A DNA stretch of 64,000 bases from Camelus dromedarius (Eukaryota), in the NCBI RefSeq assembly GCF_036321535.1, contig NC_087438.1, positions 14,262,001 through 14,326,000 of the forward strand, given 5' to 3'. A program made the position numbers and the translations under genes. Under the pieces are notes generated by a model that did not search any database, had not been told where the DNA came from, and was given only the letters and a program-made list of their open reading frames with translations. Positions 1 to 13,619 of the stretch are shown here, piece by piece. Every line of letters begins with the position of its first letter. Position 1 is the stretch's first letter.

Positions 1-769
1 GGATTGGTTTGCCAATCACAGAACCTGTAGAGCACAACAGTGAATGTGTGAAACAGAGAAAAATCCAGAAAAGGAACACAAGTAAAAAGAAGCAATTCAC
101 TTGTTGAGTGTTTCCTGCAAAATCATCACTATTTACATTGAAAGTCATTATGGTAAACTTGCTCAATTATTTTAGGACATTATCGGTGTTGCTTCTTCCT
201 AATTTTGACTGATTTTGATATATTAGGATGCGGAAAGAAAGATGAATGTGTACTGATGCCATTGGAAAAGATTCAAACAATTTGTTGATGTTTAAGAAGT
301 GAAAAAGTTACCTACAGAATACAAAAGTCGTGTAAACCTGCAAACTTTTATGAAAATTACAATCTATATAAGTATCAGTATGTGGCCTTGTGTCTCTACC
401 TGGAAGTGTACTGGAGGGTTGTAGGTGGAAGATGGAAGTAAGAATTTTCTATTACAGCTTTAATCTGCTGGAGAAATATCACACTACTTTATAAGTTGTT
501 CCGTCTTTAAATTTACAACACAGACCTCAAGTATACAAATGGCTTTTCCTAGTAATTGTACTGTATTTCCAAACTGCTTTTTTTTAAAAATTTTCTAAGA
601 TGACCATTTCTAAGCATCTCGTCTCTTTATTCTACATCTTTTTTTTTCTGTTCTGTCAATGAGTGACCTGCAATCAATTCCATTTAAAAAATAGAAATAA
701 AAAATAACTATTTTCTTGTCAGAAAATCTAGCAAACTATTTGCATCTAGTATATTACATTCTTAATCTC

Positions 770-1175
770 TCCTCATATCACAGTGATAGGTAAACTCTTA
801 TCTAAGGTCAAACACTTTACTTTTGCTCTTGATCCAATATGCTATATATTATCCTTGATTTCACACCTTTTTTTACTGAAGTATAGTTGATTTACAATGT
901 TGTATTAGTGAGTCAGTTTTATATATATATATATATATTCTTTGTCATTATAGGTTATTACAAGATATTGAATATAGTTCCATGTGCTATACAGTAGGAC
1001 CTTGTTGTTTACTTGATTTCACACTTTTAATCTTCTAGTTCATCAACAAGTCCACAAAGTGTTCTGAATCTGACTGGATAGCTTTTTACTACTTCACTAG
1101 TCCAAGCCACCATCCTCTCTCACCGGGACTCCAGCAACAGACTCCTAAGGTATCTGCTGTTTCTCACAAAGAAAA
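770..1175 (+). mobile_element. LINE-2 fragments, interrupted by a short L1 tail
   Basis: L2-like motifs 'ctcttatctaaggtcaaacac...gctcttgatcc' and 'ctagtccaagccaccatcctctctcacc...gcaacagactcctaa'. Confidence 0.6.
867..1011 (-). mobile_element. Extreme 3' tail of a cetartiodactyl-type LINE-1 (5'-truncated) with a 13-bp TSD
   Basis: Poly-T followed by 'actgaagtatagttgatttacaatgttg...ggttattacaagatattgaatatagttccatgtgctatacagtagg'; flanked by cttgatttcacac at 854-866 and 1012-1024. Confidence 0.9.
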
Positions 1176-1429
1176 CAGAAGGACTATTACATCAGAATCA
1201 AATCCTCCTATTTTGGCAGTTGGACATGTCCCTGACTCATCTTCTTGTTTTCTTTACATACATGAAAACTAAAGGAAGGCTTAAATATCCATCTTTTTCC
1301 ACTTACATAATTACTTTAGTCAGCCCTCCCTCTAAAGGGAGAGGTAGATTGGAAAGAATAACTTAGTTGTATAGTAACCTAATGTTTTATATACACTGTT
1401 CAACTTTATTTTTTATAAATATGAAAAGA

Positions 1430-1840
1430 CTATTGAGAATCAGGAAGCATTTGAGAGAAAATCAAATCATAAATAATAAAATCTAAGATGGAGCGAGTAA
1501 TAACCTTGAAAATAAACAGATAACCTTTGGGATAAAATACACTTAAACATTAAAAAATAAATAGATGGGCTGGATAATAGAATGGCCATACTAAAGAACA
1601 AACTGATCATCTGGAAGAAAAAGCCTGAGAAATTTATCATGCTGAAAAAGTGACTACAAAGACATAGACCACATCAGTATAAAAATAAACAGGTGGTATA
1701 TCAAATTCCACTGTCTAGGAGTTTCAAAAAAATAAAACAAAACAAAAACAAAAGAAAAATAAATTTGAAGGGTAAATAAAATAAATAAATTTTCCGTGTG
1801 ATTCAGGAAAAATACAAATCTTTAAGCTGAAGTCATCTGC
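1430..1840 (+). mobile_element. Old LINE-1 (L1M/L1ME-like) ORF1-region remnant
   Basis: A-rich decayed sequence 'aaatagatgggctggataatagaatggccatactaaagaacaaactgatcatctggaagaa' resembling the L1 ORF1 coiled-coil region. Confidence 0.55.
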
Positions 1841-1894
1841 TTAATTCTGAAATGAAATCTGAAATGAAATTGTGAAATAAATTCTGAAATGAAG

Positions 1895-2481
1895 TCAGAA
1901 AAAAGACATTAAGAAAACAATCCTATTTACAATTGACTAAAATAGAATAAATGCCTTGGAATAAACCTAACTAAGGAGGTAAAAGATCATAAAATAGTAA
2001 GACACTGATGAAAGAAATTGAAGACCACACAAACAGATGGAAAGATACACCATGCTCACAGATTAGAAGAATTAATACTGTTAAAATGACCATGTTACTG
2101 AGGGCAATCTACAGTTTCAATGTTATCCCTATCAAAATACTAATGCCATTTTTCACAGAACTAGAACAAATAGTTTTAAGATATACAGAGAAACACAAAA
2201 GACCCTGAACAGCCAAAACAACTTGAGGAAGAAGAATAGAGCTGGAGGTATTATGTTTGCTGATTTCAAACCATACTACAGAGCTCTAGTAATTAAAACA
2301 GCATGGCACTGGCACAAAAACAAACACATAGATCAATGGAAAAGAATAGAGATCACAGAAATAAACCAACACTTATATGGTTGGTTAGTCTGCAACAAAA
2401 GAGGCAAGAATATGCAATGAAGAAAAGACAGCTTCTTCAATAAATGGTGTTGGAAAAATTGATCAGCTACACGCAAAAGAT
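1895..2481 (+). mobile_element. LINE-1 ORF2 fragment (post-RT region), frameshifted
   Basis: ORFs 2008-2208 ([27 protein letters not shown]) and 2223-2420 ([36 protein letters not shown]) are clear L1 ORF2p homologues. Confidence 0.95.
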
Positions 2482-3420
2482 GCTATATTCATGGTAAATC
2501 TGTTGTATGAATGAATAATTTAATGGGCACTGCATCTTTCTAATACAGACATAAAAATATGTATTAAACACTTTCTTTTCAAAATTGTAATGAAAATTTG
2601 TAACTTGAAGTTAACTTAGAAAAAAGTCATGCTGCATTTATAAGAAAAATTATAAATTGTTTGAAAGGGCTTAAAAGATGCACTTTTTGATAAAAATTTA
2701 AAAAGTAAATTCCTAGGTAAATACTTTAAGAATGTCACACAACCACACACACACACACACACAAAAATTAATAGAATTTTTTTTTAACTCAGCAGATGAG
2801 ATCAATTTCATTTCAAGATTGATTCACTGGATGTATGAAGATAATTTTGAAAAAGAGATGTATTGAATTGACCTAGAAACATCAAGTACATTTTGAAACT
2901 AAAATTTGAAATATTTTAAACATAAGTAAATTATTCAATGCAATAAAAAACAATTCAGAAATAGATACAAGATTTAAAATTTAATATACAGCAAGTGCCA
3001 TTGAAAATTAGAAAAGGGAAGAGTTATTCAGTTAACTATATCGGATCAATTTGCAAATCATTTGGAACAAAAATTAAATCCTGATTCTAATCTGACAAAT
3101 AATAACTACAGTCACTAGGAGTAAATACTTAAAAATTAGGGTGTTGATTTAGACATTTTTCCATGAAAACACAGTACTGATCTGATCTATGCATGACAAA
3201 TTTGTTGAATAAATAAATTGTTTTATAAAAATGAGCATATTAAAATGATGAGAAAAATATAGCTAAATATCCATAAAATCATTGAATGTGGGAGGAATTT
3301 TTGAGCATGACTCAAGGTAGAGAAACAATAAAGTAAATGTACATGGAAGAAAATACCAGAGTGAATAAATTAGAACAAGCAAGACAAAAAGACAAAAAAA
3401 AGTAGATGCTAAGATAAAAG
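2482..3420 (+). mobile_element. Highly decayed L1ME-like ORF2 3' region
   Basis: Degenerate motifs such as 'cagaaatagatacaag...gggaagagttattcag...atttggaacaaaaattaaa' and 'gtgggaggaatttttgagcatgactcaa'. Confidence 0.55.
2744..2763. repeat. (CA)n microsatellite
   Basis: Direct reading. Confidence 0.9.
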
Positions 3421-3489
3421 ATTTTTATTAAATAGTTTCAAGTGAAATACCTTAGTGGAAATAGTGGTGTGGGTGTGGGTGTATAGATG

Positions 3490-3827
3490 ATCTGTCTATA
3501 AACCAAGACTTACGGGACAAATTAGGCCTTCCGTCTATTTTTTGTAATGTATATGGGCTAAGAATATATATTTTTTAAATTTTTAATGGTTAAGAAAAAT
3601 ACCAGAAGGAACATTTAGTGAAATGTGATTATATGAAATCCAAATTTCAATGTCCATAAATAAAGATTTATTGGAATACAGTCATGCCCGTTTGATTATA
3701 GTCTTTAGCTGCTTTTATGCTCCAGCAGAACAGAGTAGTTTTGACAGAGACCATATGGCCCACAAAGCTGGAAACATTTACTATTTGGTCCTTTACAAGG
3801 AAAAAAAAAAAGATTGGCTGATCCCTG
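3490..3827 (+). mobile_element. MER58B-like hAT-Charlie MITE, near full length
   Basis: 'tgtccataaataaagatttattggaatacagtcatg...gacagagaccatatggcccacaaagc...atttactatttggtcctttaca...gctgatccctg' matches the MER58 consensus, including the 3' terminus. Confidence 0.9.
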
Positions 3828-5689
3828 TGTAGACATATCTTTTGTGAGTTTTGTAATCCATACCACATCCCATCAATGTGGATAGGCAAAACTTGACTAA
3901 GTTTCATATATAAATATTCTAAACTCTATAGGACTTCTGGATATCCATCTTTTGTGTGTGTGTGATGACAATGCCAGTTTGCTTTGGGGACTGTGCAATA
4001 TACAAGTATAATTATAACTGAGTATTAGGAAAAAATATACATGGGGAAAATAAGTGTACATGCATTTGAGATAATTACTCATGTTTGCTATTTTTTGGGT
4101 TGCACTGAATTTCTGAGAACAAGCTTTATCTTCTATTTTAATTAAACTAAACACTTAATTACATTTCTAGTATTTTGTCAGCAGAAATGAATCTACAAAT
4201 GTAGAGTGAAAAATTATGAGAGCTGGTCTTTAATGTCCCATCACAAACAGAGCATGTTATGGGCAATCTGTTCTTTGAGGGTACATAACAACCATGCTTC
4301 CCATGAATGTTAATTCCTCGAAAGCATTCAACTACAGTACAGAACTTTTTTTCACTTTCAGCTAATATCTATCAACTAAAGTCCAAAATCTTGAAAGTAT
4401 ATCATATTTATGATAAAAACCTGACCCTCAGGGTTTTAATTTCCAGCACAAGAGAATTCAGTAAGTGATTGGATAGTGCAGACTAAATACAAAGTTTGCT
4501 GCCAAGCAAAGAGTGCTCTACTCAAATTCATATCAATAAAATTTTTAAGTGTTTGTATAATTTTATTTTATTTTCAGTAGTCAATATGTCTAGAGCAATT
4601 TACTAGGTGCTATGGAGAATAAATAGTATCTGCCACAAAGTACTTATAATAATAATTAGATGAAGACTTGTAAATGTGAAAATGGAAATAAGAAAAACCT
4701 CATATGCAATGAGAAATGTTAGTGTAGAGAGGTGTATGTCATAGAACGGTTTTCTCCCGTCAGCTCTCCTGGAGGATTACACACGTCAGTATAGCACGTG
4801 GACTCCAAAATCTCTTCTTAGGTTTGTGTACTCAGAAATCAGATTCTGTCGTCAACTAAGAACAAGCCAGTTTCTCAGGACCAAACTGCCATTAACCAAG
4901 CTCACAAGACCGATGTATGAAACCAGAATGGTGATGGGTTCATCTCTACAGAGAACTATGACTGCTTAAGAAGGACAAAACAGCAAGTTCTCACACGAGT
5001 GTATTCTCCCCCGATGAATAAGGAAAAAGTCAGATCTTAATGTCAAGGTAGCTTTGTGAGAACAGAAGGAGAGCAAAGGAAGTAATAATATCATTGAAAT
5101 ACTGAATGGCATTGAACTAGATAACCTAATTCATCTTCCTTCAAAATATGGTAACACCTGGCCAGGGCAACCCATTTGTGAATGGATAATACTAGTATTT
5201 GGTCCTTATTCTTTGTTTCCGAGGCGGGTAGTAGCCCAATCTCAAATATACATTATTTCAAAAATTTAATACATTTAACATGGTTACATTTATATTTTGC
5301 TGAACTGAAAGCTGTTCTATCTATCTTCTCCTTGGGTGATGTGTCAACAGAACTCTCAGGTACTTATATAAGTAAATGATGGGACAGTTTGTATCCCCCA
5401 TTTAACCACATGTGTTGGAAAATTGTGTATACATTTACATATTTTAACTTTCTACCATTTCTTTAGATTATTCTTATTTGGCTTTTGCTACCTTTATCCC
5501 ACCCATGAATCTCTTATAAACCTTTGTATACAATTCATTGTGATGAACACATTTTAATCATTATTATTTAAATTTTCAGTAGTACTGATCATGTCAAAAA
5601 AAAAAAGTCCTCGTCTTAAGCAAAAATACAAACAAACAACACATTTTCCCTTAAGTTTTGAGACAAAGTTCATTTTCAGTTTTTACTCC

Positions 5690-6430
5690 CATCTCTCTAG
5701 TTGCTCCTTTTCAAACTCCTTTGCAGTGTGCCCTTCCCTATGTTTAAATGTTGGAATTCATGACTGTCTCTTTTCCTTACTTAGTACTCAAACACATGTA
5801 GTATTGTCAGAGACCAAACTTCACATAGTTTTATGCCAATGACACTCCCATGTGTAACCCTAGCCAATGCTTTTGTTCCAAACTGTACATCCAACTGCCT
5901 ATTTCAATATCTCCTTGGATGTTCCTACAGTAACAAAAATATACCATTTCAAAAGTAGAATAATGATCTCCTTATCCCCTAAATCTGAATTTCACCCTAT
6001 ATTATCCTATTTCAGTGAATGGTATAATTACTGATCTGGTCATAGTTATTGATCTGATTCAAGGATCCAGGGGTCAACTTTTTATTTCTACTCCATCTCA
6101 ACCCCCACAACACTTAGTGTATCATTATACACTATCATTTGGCCTTACAAATAGCATTCCATTCCATTTATTGCCTTCTATCTCTACAGACACCTTTCTT
6201 GCCCAGTTTATCTTCATCTTTCCTCTAAATTACAGAAATAATTTCTTAATTGGCTTCTGCATATAAACTGTTATCCCTGTTCAAACCATTCTGCTCACTC
6301 TATCAGAATTACTTCTAAATAAAAGCCTGATGCTTATTGATCACCTCATTAACATCCTTCGACTGATTTAACTATTTTTAGAGTGAAGAGGGAGGTTCTT
6401 ACTTTGACATTTAAGACCCAGTATCATTAT
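5690..6430 (+). mobile_element. LINE-2 fragment
   Basis: 'catccaactgcctatttcaatatctccttggatgtt' and 'ttcctctaaattacagaaataatttcttaattggcttc' are typical L2 3'-region motifs. Confidence 0.75.
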
Positions 6431-9189
6431 TTACTTATTGTTTAAGAATCTGGAATATGCCTCAGACAGTGTGAGTTAAATATTTTAATTGTTCAACAAG
6501 CACTGAAATCTGTCTCATTGATACACCTTCTGAAAAAAGAAGCTGTATAGTTACAAGGATGAAGTGTTTAGTTCTAAATAATGGAATCCAAAATAACTTC
6601 AAAGAAAAGTTGGCATAGGAAGGAGAATTTTCTTATGAGAAGCAGTTGGAAAAGCTATTTTAGTCCAAGAAGTGGGGGCATGGCCAAAAGCGCAGTTAGC
6701 ACGGTGAAGTGTTTCATTTGGACTAGAAGGGATCAAAAGTGGGCATGACACCAGGAGAGTCCCATTTGTAGGATTCTTATCCTAACCATTTTCATGCTTG
6801 TCACCAAAGCACTCTCCCTGAAGCAAATTCTTTTTGCTGCTTTGTAGTGATGTAACAGAACTTCTCTGTAGTCATCGATTTAGATCCCACAAGAATGGGC
6901 AAAATAAAAAGAGACTTTACTTCATTCTTTTACTTGGAGGACATATCAAGAGGCTTCCCAAGGAGACTAAAATCAATTCTGAACTTCTCATTTGCATATT
7001 CTCACATAAGAGTGTCCATAAGGACTCTTACATTGCCTATTAAAGTAGATAAAAATATTTGAGTAAATATTGAATTAAGACAATGTCAAAATGACAACTA
7101 AATATTTCTGGTAGTTGTAAGGAATACCTTAGAGTGTGAAAACATGTGTACTATATTCAATACACTTTATACTTCTTGCCTATGTCAGTGACACAAGACC
7201 TTAAGAGAAATATAATTGTCATTCCTGTGAAGTTCTGAGTGTGTGTTTGAGACATTACCTGAAATTTCAGTGTTTCTGGCATCATCCATATTTTTAGGAA
7301 AAAAAACTAGATGGGAAAGAGATTTTCAGTATTATTCAGGTTCTTTTTACTCTTAGAAGTTAAGGTTTGACTTCCCTAAACAAATACAATGAAGATTGGA
7401 ATTCATCCTGAATGGCTTTAAAAGTCCGGAAATAATGAAAGTTTTAAAATAAAGTCACTGGAACTAACTGTATTTAAAAACACTAACCGTGAACAGCTTT
7501 ATCAATGATATACCATCAGTTGCACCTTTTCCAATGTTTGTGTGTATTTGTTTATATTTTTTAAAGTGCTTTGTAAGGTGTTGAGATGTTTTGGGGGCAA
7601 CAAGAAATACTGAAGAATTGATCACCCCACTATCTTAAAAAATGTCTACATAATATTAGTTGTCTCATTTTTCATTCTTCAAAAGGACCATTAATTCTCA
7701 ATGCCATTGATATTGTTCCAATAAAGGTTCTTTATGAATTGGATGTTTTCTATAATTAACAAATAATAATCATTTGGGATTGCTTTCATAGCATTCAGAG
7801 CTTTTTAATATCCTTATTCCAACTACAGGACTGTAGATGTCTCACTGGCATTTGAATGTTTTTGAAAAATTTTTATAACTATAACATTTTGGAATGCTAC
7901 TAAAATGTTATTAATATTTGCTACTAATAAGATGTCATTATTTTTATAAATGGATCTGAAAAAGGAAAACTTTAATAATTTGTCAACTTTCACATGATTT
8001 TAACTCATAAGCATGTTCATTATATAGCTATGTATATCTATATGTCTATGAACTTAATTGTAATTTGTGAAGTTATAATACAGTTCTTATTGCAAAGGCA
8101 ATCTACATAGGGGAAGGGGGTGCTAGATAGTTCAAACACAGCAGAATAACATCACTAGGGTCCCTGGTTCAGTGTGGGGAATGCTCTCACTGGGCCCACA
8201 GCTCACGGGGCTCTTTTCTCACTGAGTTCCTCTTTCACTGGGTTCTCTCTGTAGTTCTTAGTAGAGCTTATATGAATGGGCTTATAGTTATGACCCTGGT
8301 AAGTTCTGTATTACAGACAAAAAATAGGGCTTAACTTATTAGACTGATGACTGACATATTTAGAAGGTCTTTGATTCTTTTTGTGTCTAGGACATTAGGG
8401 AAGATAAAGATTATTTTTAGGGCGTCTTAGTATCTGATTCAGTTTACTTGTATATTTACATCGATTGGCTAATATGATGAATTGATAGATACCACCCATA
8501 TCAATAATAGTTAAGGCATCTATTTCACCACATTCTCAATTTAGGCTTAAACATTTCAACACAGATACTACAAACAACCCTTAGGGTACAGCATAGGTAT
8601 TTAAAATTCACACCTAACGAGCTACTTTTAGATACCAAACCTTAAGGGAACCAAAAATTCTCTTTGTAACTCTCTTATTATAACTGTATTTTGAGACTAA
8701 AATTAGACTGTCACTTTGTTTTATGCAGCCAAGTGTTTTTGATGTGCTTTCCCCAAATACTGTTAACAGTAAGGAAAGTTGTTTATGGTGAGATCCAAAA
8801 TATTTTTAGATTACTTATTTAAGTCAATAGATACTCTGCTGCTTAATGTACCATTTTAGAGAGTGTATTGCACTGTGGTTGTATAAAAATGCCAGTGATA
8901 CAATATTCACAAAATTTCTCTGATACTTTGAGAGAATGAGAGCAGAGGTTCCTCAAATACGTCAGAGAGCTGAGCACTGCAGCAGTTTCAAATCAATGAG
9001 GTCAGTTAAGTGCAGTTGTGAATATTCAATTGCATCTCAAAATGTTTACAAGGGAAGGCTCTCTGCTAAGTCCTGCCTGTAATTTTAGGATACAAAAAAA
9101 AAAAAAAATTCATAGTCTCTGCACCTATACCATCCATGGTGTATTGGAGAAGAGAGAGAGAGACAGATGGTGGAGGTTTAATACTGGCA

Positions 9190-9560
9190 ATGTGATAAGT
9201 ATTGCAAGGATGGCATGAAGTTAGGATGAGAACTCTTCCAAGAAGCAGCATCTAATCCAGTCTGAGAGGGACACAAAAATCTCCCCAGAGAAGATATACT
9301 GCGCTAACACCTGAAGGGTGGATGAGGGATAATCATATCCTGGGGGCATGAGACAGCCAGAATCTTCCAAAGCCAACAAGTAGACCTACATTTACACTTG
9401 TGTAATCAGAAAGCAAAGCAAAGACACAAATGCTGGGATATGTAGCTGAAAAGTCAAAGACTGAGCGTAAGAAAGATTCTTACAGAGTCCTTCTACTGAG
9501 TCATTTTTCTCTAACATTAGAGCAGATTAAAAACGTTATAGATGGGGAAGAAGGGTAGAG
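9190..9560 (-). mobile_element. LINE-2 fragment
   Basis: 'gcatctaatccagtctgagaggg...ccccagagaagatatactgcgctaacacctgaagggtggatgag'. Confidence 0.55.
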
Positions 9561-12500
9561 GTAGTGGTGTGAATCCTGAAAGTTGGAGTCTCAGTCTGAG
9601 TAAGCTCTGTTCAGAAATAGTGGCAATGAGCCGGGCAGAGGCACGCAGATAAACAGGTTATGTATTATCTGTTTACTTGCCAACTGAAGAAGTAGTTGAT
9701 GATAGTAAACTATTCAACTTTTTTTGATCATTTGGTCAGGAAAAAAATTTGTCTGAGTTCTGACCTCCCCTTTTCACGTAGAGATTTTTCCACAAGGACC
9801 AGGACATGCACGCACTCCTTTAATGTGGATGGAGGAAATCTGGACTTCTATAGAGTTATACATAAGATGAAAGGAAAGAATATATCTTGGATTAAAAGTG
9901 TCATCAGGAATAAGAACAGAATCTTGTAGAGCGGGGACAGGAGTAGAATGAACCAGGGTTTTTGATGGAAATTCTAACAGTCTCTGTGTATGATAGATTT
10001 GCATTTCATGCTGATTACAAACCCTGGTTCAGAAATGGAGATAGTGCACATTTAGCCATGAGACCATGGGCTGTGTTACTTGTGTCAAGTTTCCCACAGC
10101 CCCAAACTGATAAAAGTGTAATCTAATATTTAGTCTGTGCTCTGAACTAGACAAATAAGAGAGAAACAGAACTGGTATACTCCAAGAAGGCGGAGTGACT
10201 GAGCATACACCATCTATCAGAGGGATGTGGTACAAACGGCACATACTATGGGTCAAGAGCATGTAACAACTACATCTCTGAGCAGTAGTCATGTATGTGA
10301 GCCAGTATCACAGCTGGTCCACCATCAGGATGCTAGATCTAGGACGATGGAAAGATTAATACCATGTTTACACATGCGGCAAAGAAAAATGAGGATTTAG
10401 AGTTAAATTAAGATACTGCTTTCAAGAGGTATCTAATATGTGAATGATAGTTTTTGTACAATTACTGAATGTATTTGAGATGATTCACATGTCAGTTACC
10501 ATTCTGTGATAGAGAACAGAATAGAGCATCGAATCAATAATGAAAAAATGAAATAAAGAAATCATGAAAGTTTGCCAGGGACTACTGAGTATCTCCACCA
10601 TGGACTGGAGATAATGAGCTTGTATTCCACCAGCAGAATGGTGAACGTTTGACTAATCAACATGCCGGTGTTTTGCCCATTTGACATGGTAAAAAGACAA
10701 GGGAGTTGGCATCTGTAAAACCGAATAAAATTACAGATGAATGAGATTTTCACAGACAAGGAAAAATATTAAAACAAGGGATTGAAGGTCTCGGGAAGAT
10801 GGAAATGTGGAAGGACAAACAGTAGTCGAAATATATAGGGAAGATATTGACCTCTACCTGTTCAACTGAGGTTTTTGAAAACAAATTCTTTACAAACACC
10901 CATGCATGCAGTCACTCTGAGTGTTAGTCATAACAGAAGACATGGAAAGAGATAGCTTCCCATGGTCCAATTTTAAGTGAAATGTAGGGTATCTAGCCTT
11001 TGTCCCAGGAAGAATGTGTTAGTGCTATTTTTGACTTTTTTGTAAATCTCTGGGCAAGGGTTGCAGTCTCCTACTTTAATTCATAAACTCTTATGGTTCA
11101 TGAGTGCTAATTGATCTCTTATAGACCATGGCCCCATGGCTAGTTGTTTGTAGTTTCCAAGTCATGTTAGAATTGCCTACTAGAAAACAACAATTGGTTA
11201 TTTATAGGTATTGTAAATGTATATTTTAATAATAATGTCCTTTATTTGGTTTTCTCTTTTTCATTTCTCACTGCCCCTTTTCCAGGTAAATGGCATTATC
11301 AAAAGAAGACTGCCCATATTGTCAATAATTTTAGAAATGCATTCTCAAAATTCCTTGGGGAAAGAAATTGAAGATTTGTTAAAAAAATTAGAAGTCTCAC
11401 TTAAAATATCAAATAATTTTTCAGTCAGTATGCTCAGTATCTTTACTTCTGTTCACTGACCTAAATTTAACTTTGTAAATCTTTTTGAGGACTTCATTAA
11501 TTATTTATGGATAAAGTGAGAACTTCTGGCATTTTGTAAACATTGCTGAATTCTCTTTCCTGTACGCTGTTTCTTTCCCAATACTTTCAGGAGCCTTTTT
11601 ATATAATAAAATTTCAACTTAAACCAAATTAGTCAAAACCTGGCTAAGTTTAGCTCGTGGGGCTGTTACTGGTATTGTTACTTCTGTGCCAGATTTTGAA
11701 TTGCAACATTATGCTGAGTGTAACTTTGCAAGTCACGATACTGCATAAGTGCTTGTCATAATTTGGGGCTGAAGAGTTGTAAAAATTACCTTTCTTTAAA
11801 TCAGCATTTTTATTTCTGTTTACCATTATGAAATGTTAAATCACTAAATACAAAAAACTCCTCAAATGCTTTAGGAAGGAAAATTAGCTTCAGCAAAGCC
11901 TTTTTTTTTTTTTTCTTTTTCATTTTCTTTTTTTTACTTAAATTCAGGTCTTTATATTGCCAGATTGGGAAGAAAATAAAAATTCTCTTCAAGTTCAATT
12001 TATAAGGACATTTTCACTTCCAGAAAAAAAGTCAAGTTTGCTCTTTTTGGTTAGCTCTTCTGTTTCACTTCCTTATGCTATTGAGGAAAGAAATGCTATT
12101 TTCATGGATAACAACCCACTCATGAATTTATTAAAAAGTGAAATTTCCTTAGTAGAAAGCAAAAAGCCACACAACACTAAAATTGATAAAGCCCACAAAC
12201 TACAAACATTAAAATGTCTCTTACATATAAAAACATCACTAAACTTTCCATATCACATACACTTTTGAGTGGCTGAATTATTTTGAAATTGCTTTGAATA
12301 GAGAAGGAAGTGGGGTGTCACACAAGTGGCCACAATTGGTGCAGTATATTGGAAGAACTAGTTCTTTCTGTAGGAACAGATTGGTGAAGACACCATACTT
12401 AAGGTGTGCAGTTCAGAGAAGGTGGATAAGCAAAAATCAAGGCTTAGTTTCTTGAATCTTGAAACAAGAAATGAGCATCTCTCAGAAGGCCTTATAATGC

Positions 12501-12759
12501 AAGTAAGAAAGATGAAGCAGAAAAGGATACCAAGTGGATATACACTTTCCTACTAAGCACACTGTTAGGGATTATCATTCCACTTTGTGAACTGGAACTG
12601 GGCTCCATGCCTTATCCTTTATATATAATAAATGCATAGGTCTTTATTCACTGTATGAGTTCAAAGTCGTCAACAAGATCTTGACCACAGGATTCATTTG
12701 AAGGCAAGAGAAAGAGAGATAGATTTGGGCAGGAAGAGGGCAAGAGAGATAGTTGACTA

Positions 12760-12925
12760 GCAAGTAATGCCTATGTGTGTTTACTATGTGTCAGAGTATT
12801 ACTAAACACTTTAGAGTATTTAACATTTGATTTTCATAACAGGATGAGGAAGGTACTATTCTTATCATGACTGGAACTGAGAAACTAGGAGGTTAAGTAA
12901 CTTGCCAATGTCACATAGACATGGG
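12760..12925 (-). mobile_element. MIR SINE
   Basis: 'ttactatgtgtcagag...gaggaaggtactattcttatc...gaactgag...gaggttaagtaacttgccaatgtcacatag' (MIR core). Confidence 0.85.
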
Positions 12926-13395
12926 CCCACGTGCCCAACACAGGCATGCTAGATCCACAGTTTATACACTTAAACATTCTCTGGTTGGGCCCATATTAAA
13001 ATGATATAGGTAGAGATACAAGGGATTATAATAAGTGAAGTTACGCTCAATATCCAACTGAAATAGACATAGAGCTTTTAGACTCCATGGTGTGACTTTC
13101 TGAAACAAAATTCTGCTGCCCAGAGTAGAATAAACGTGCAAAGCATTTGTCACTTGGAGAGTTTTTGTTTATTGATCTTTGCTTACAAGTAGGTATGATC
13201 CAGAATTTATGTATATAAAATGAAGTAAAACATTTTGTTTTATAAAAAAATTTTTAGTATCTGAGTATAAAGCAATTTTAAGAAAATAAAAAAAAATAGG
13301 ATGAGATATTTATGGTAGACATTTTTTTCCTTTTTGTAGAATGGGTTTCCTAAAGCAATACTGTCAAGTTATAGATGCAATTAATAAGACACTGA

Positions 13396-13619
13396 GACTT
13401 GCAAATGTTAGCCGCTATATAGAAGAACAGATAAAACAAAGGTCTCTTCTCTATAGCACAAGGAACTATATTCAATATCTTGTAATAACTTTTAATGAAA
13501 AAGTATATGAAAGTGAATACGTGTATGTATATCCATGATTGGGACATTGTGCTGTACACAAGAAATTGACACATTGTAACTGAGTGTATTTCAATTAAAA
13601 AAAGAAAAAAGAAAAAAAA
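13396..13619 (+). mobile_element. Young 5'-truncated LINE-1 3' end, camelid-like
   Basis: 'atagcacaaggaactatattcaatatcttgtaataac...catgattgggacattgtgctgtacacaagaaattgacacattgtaactga' plus an A-rich tail; acactga on both flanks as a probable TSD core. Confidence 0.88.
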
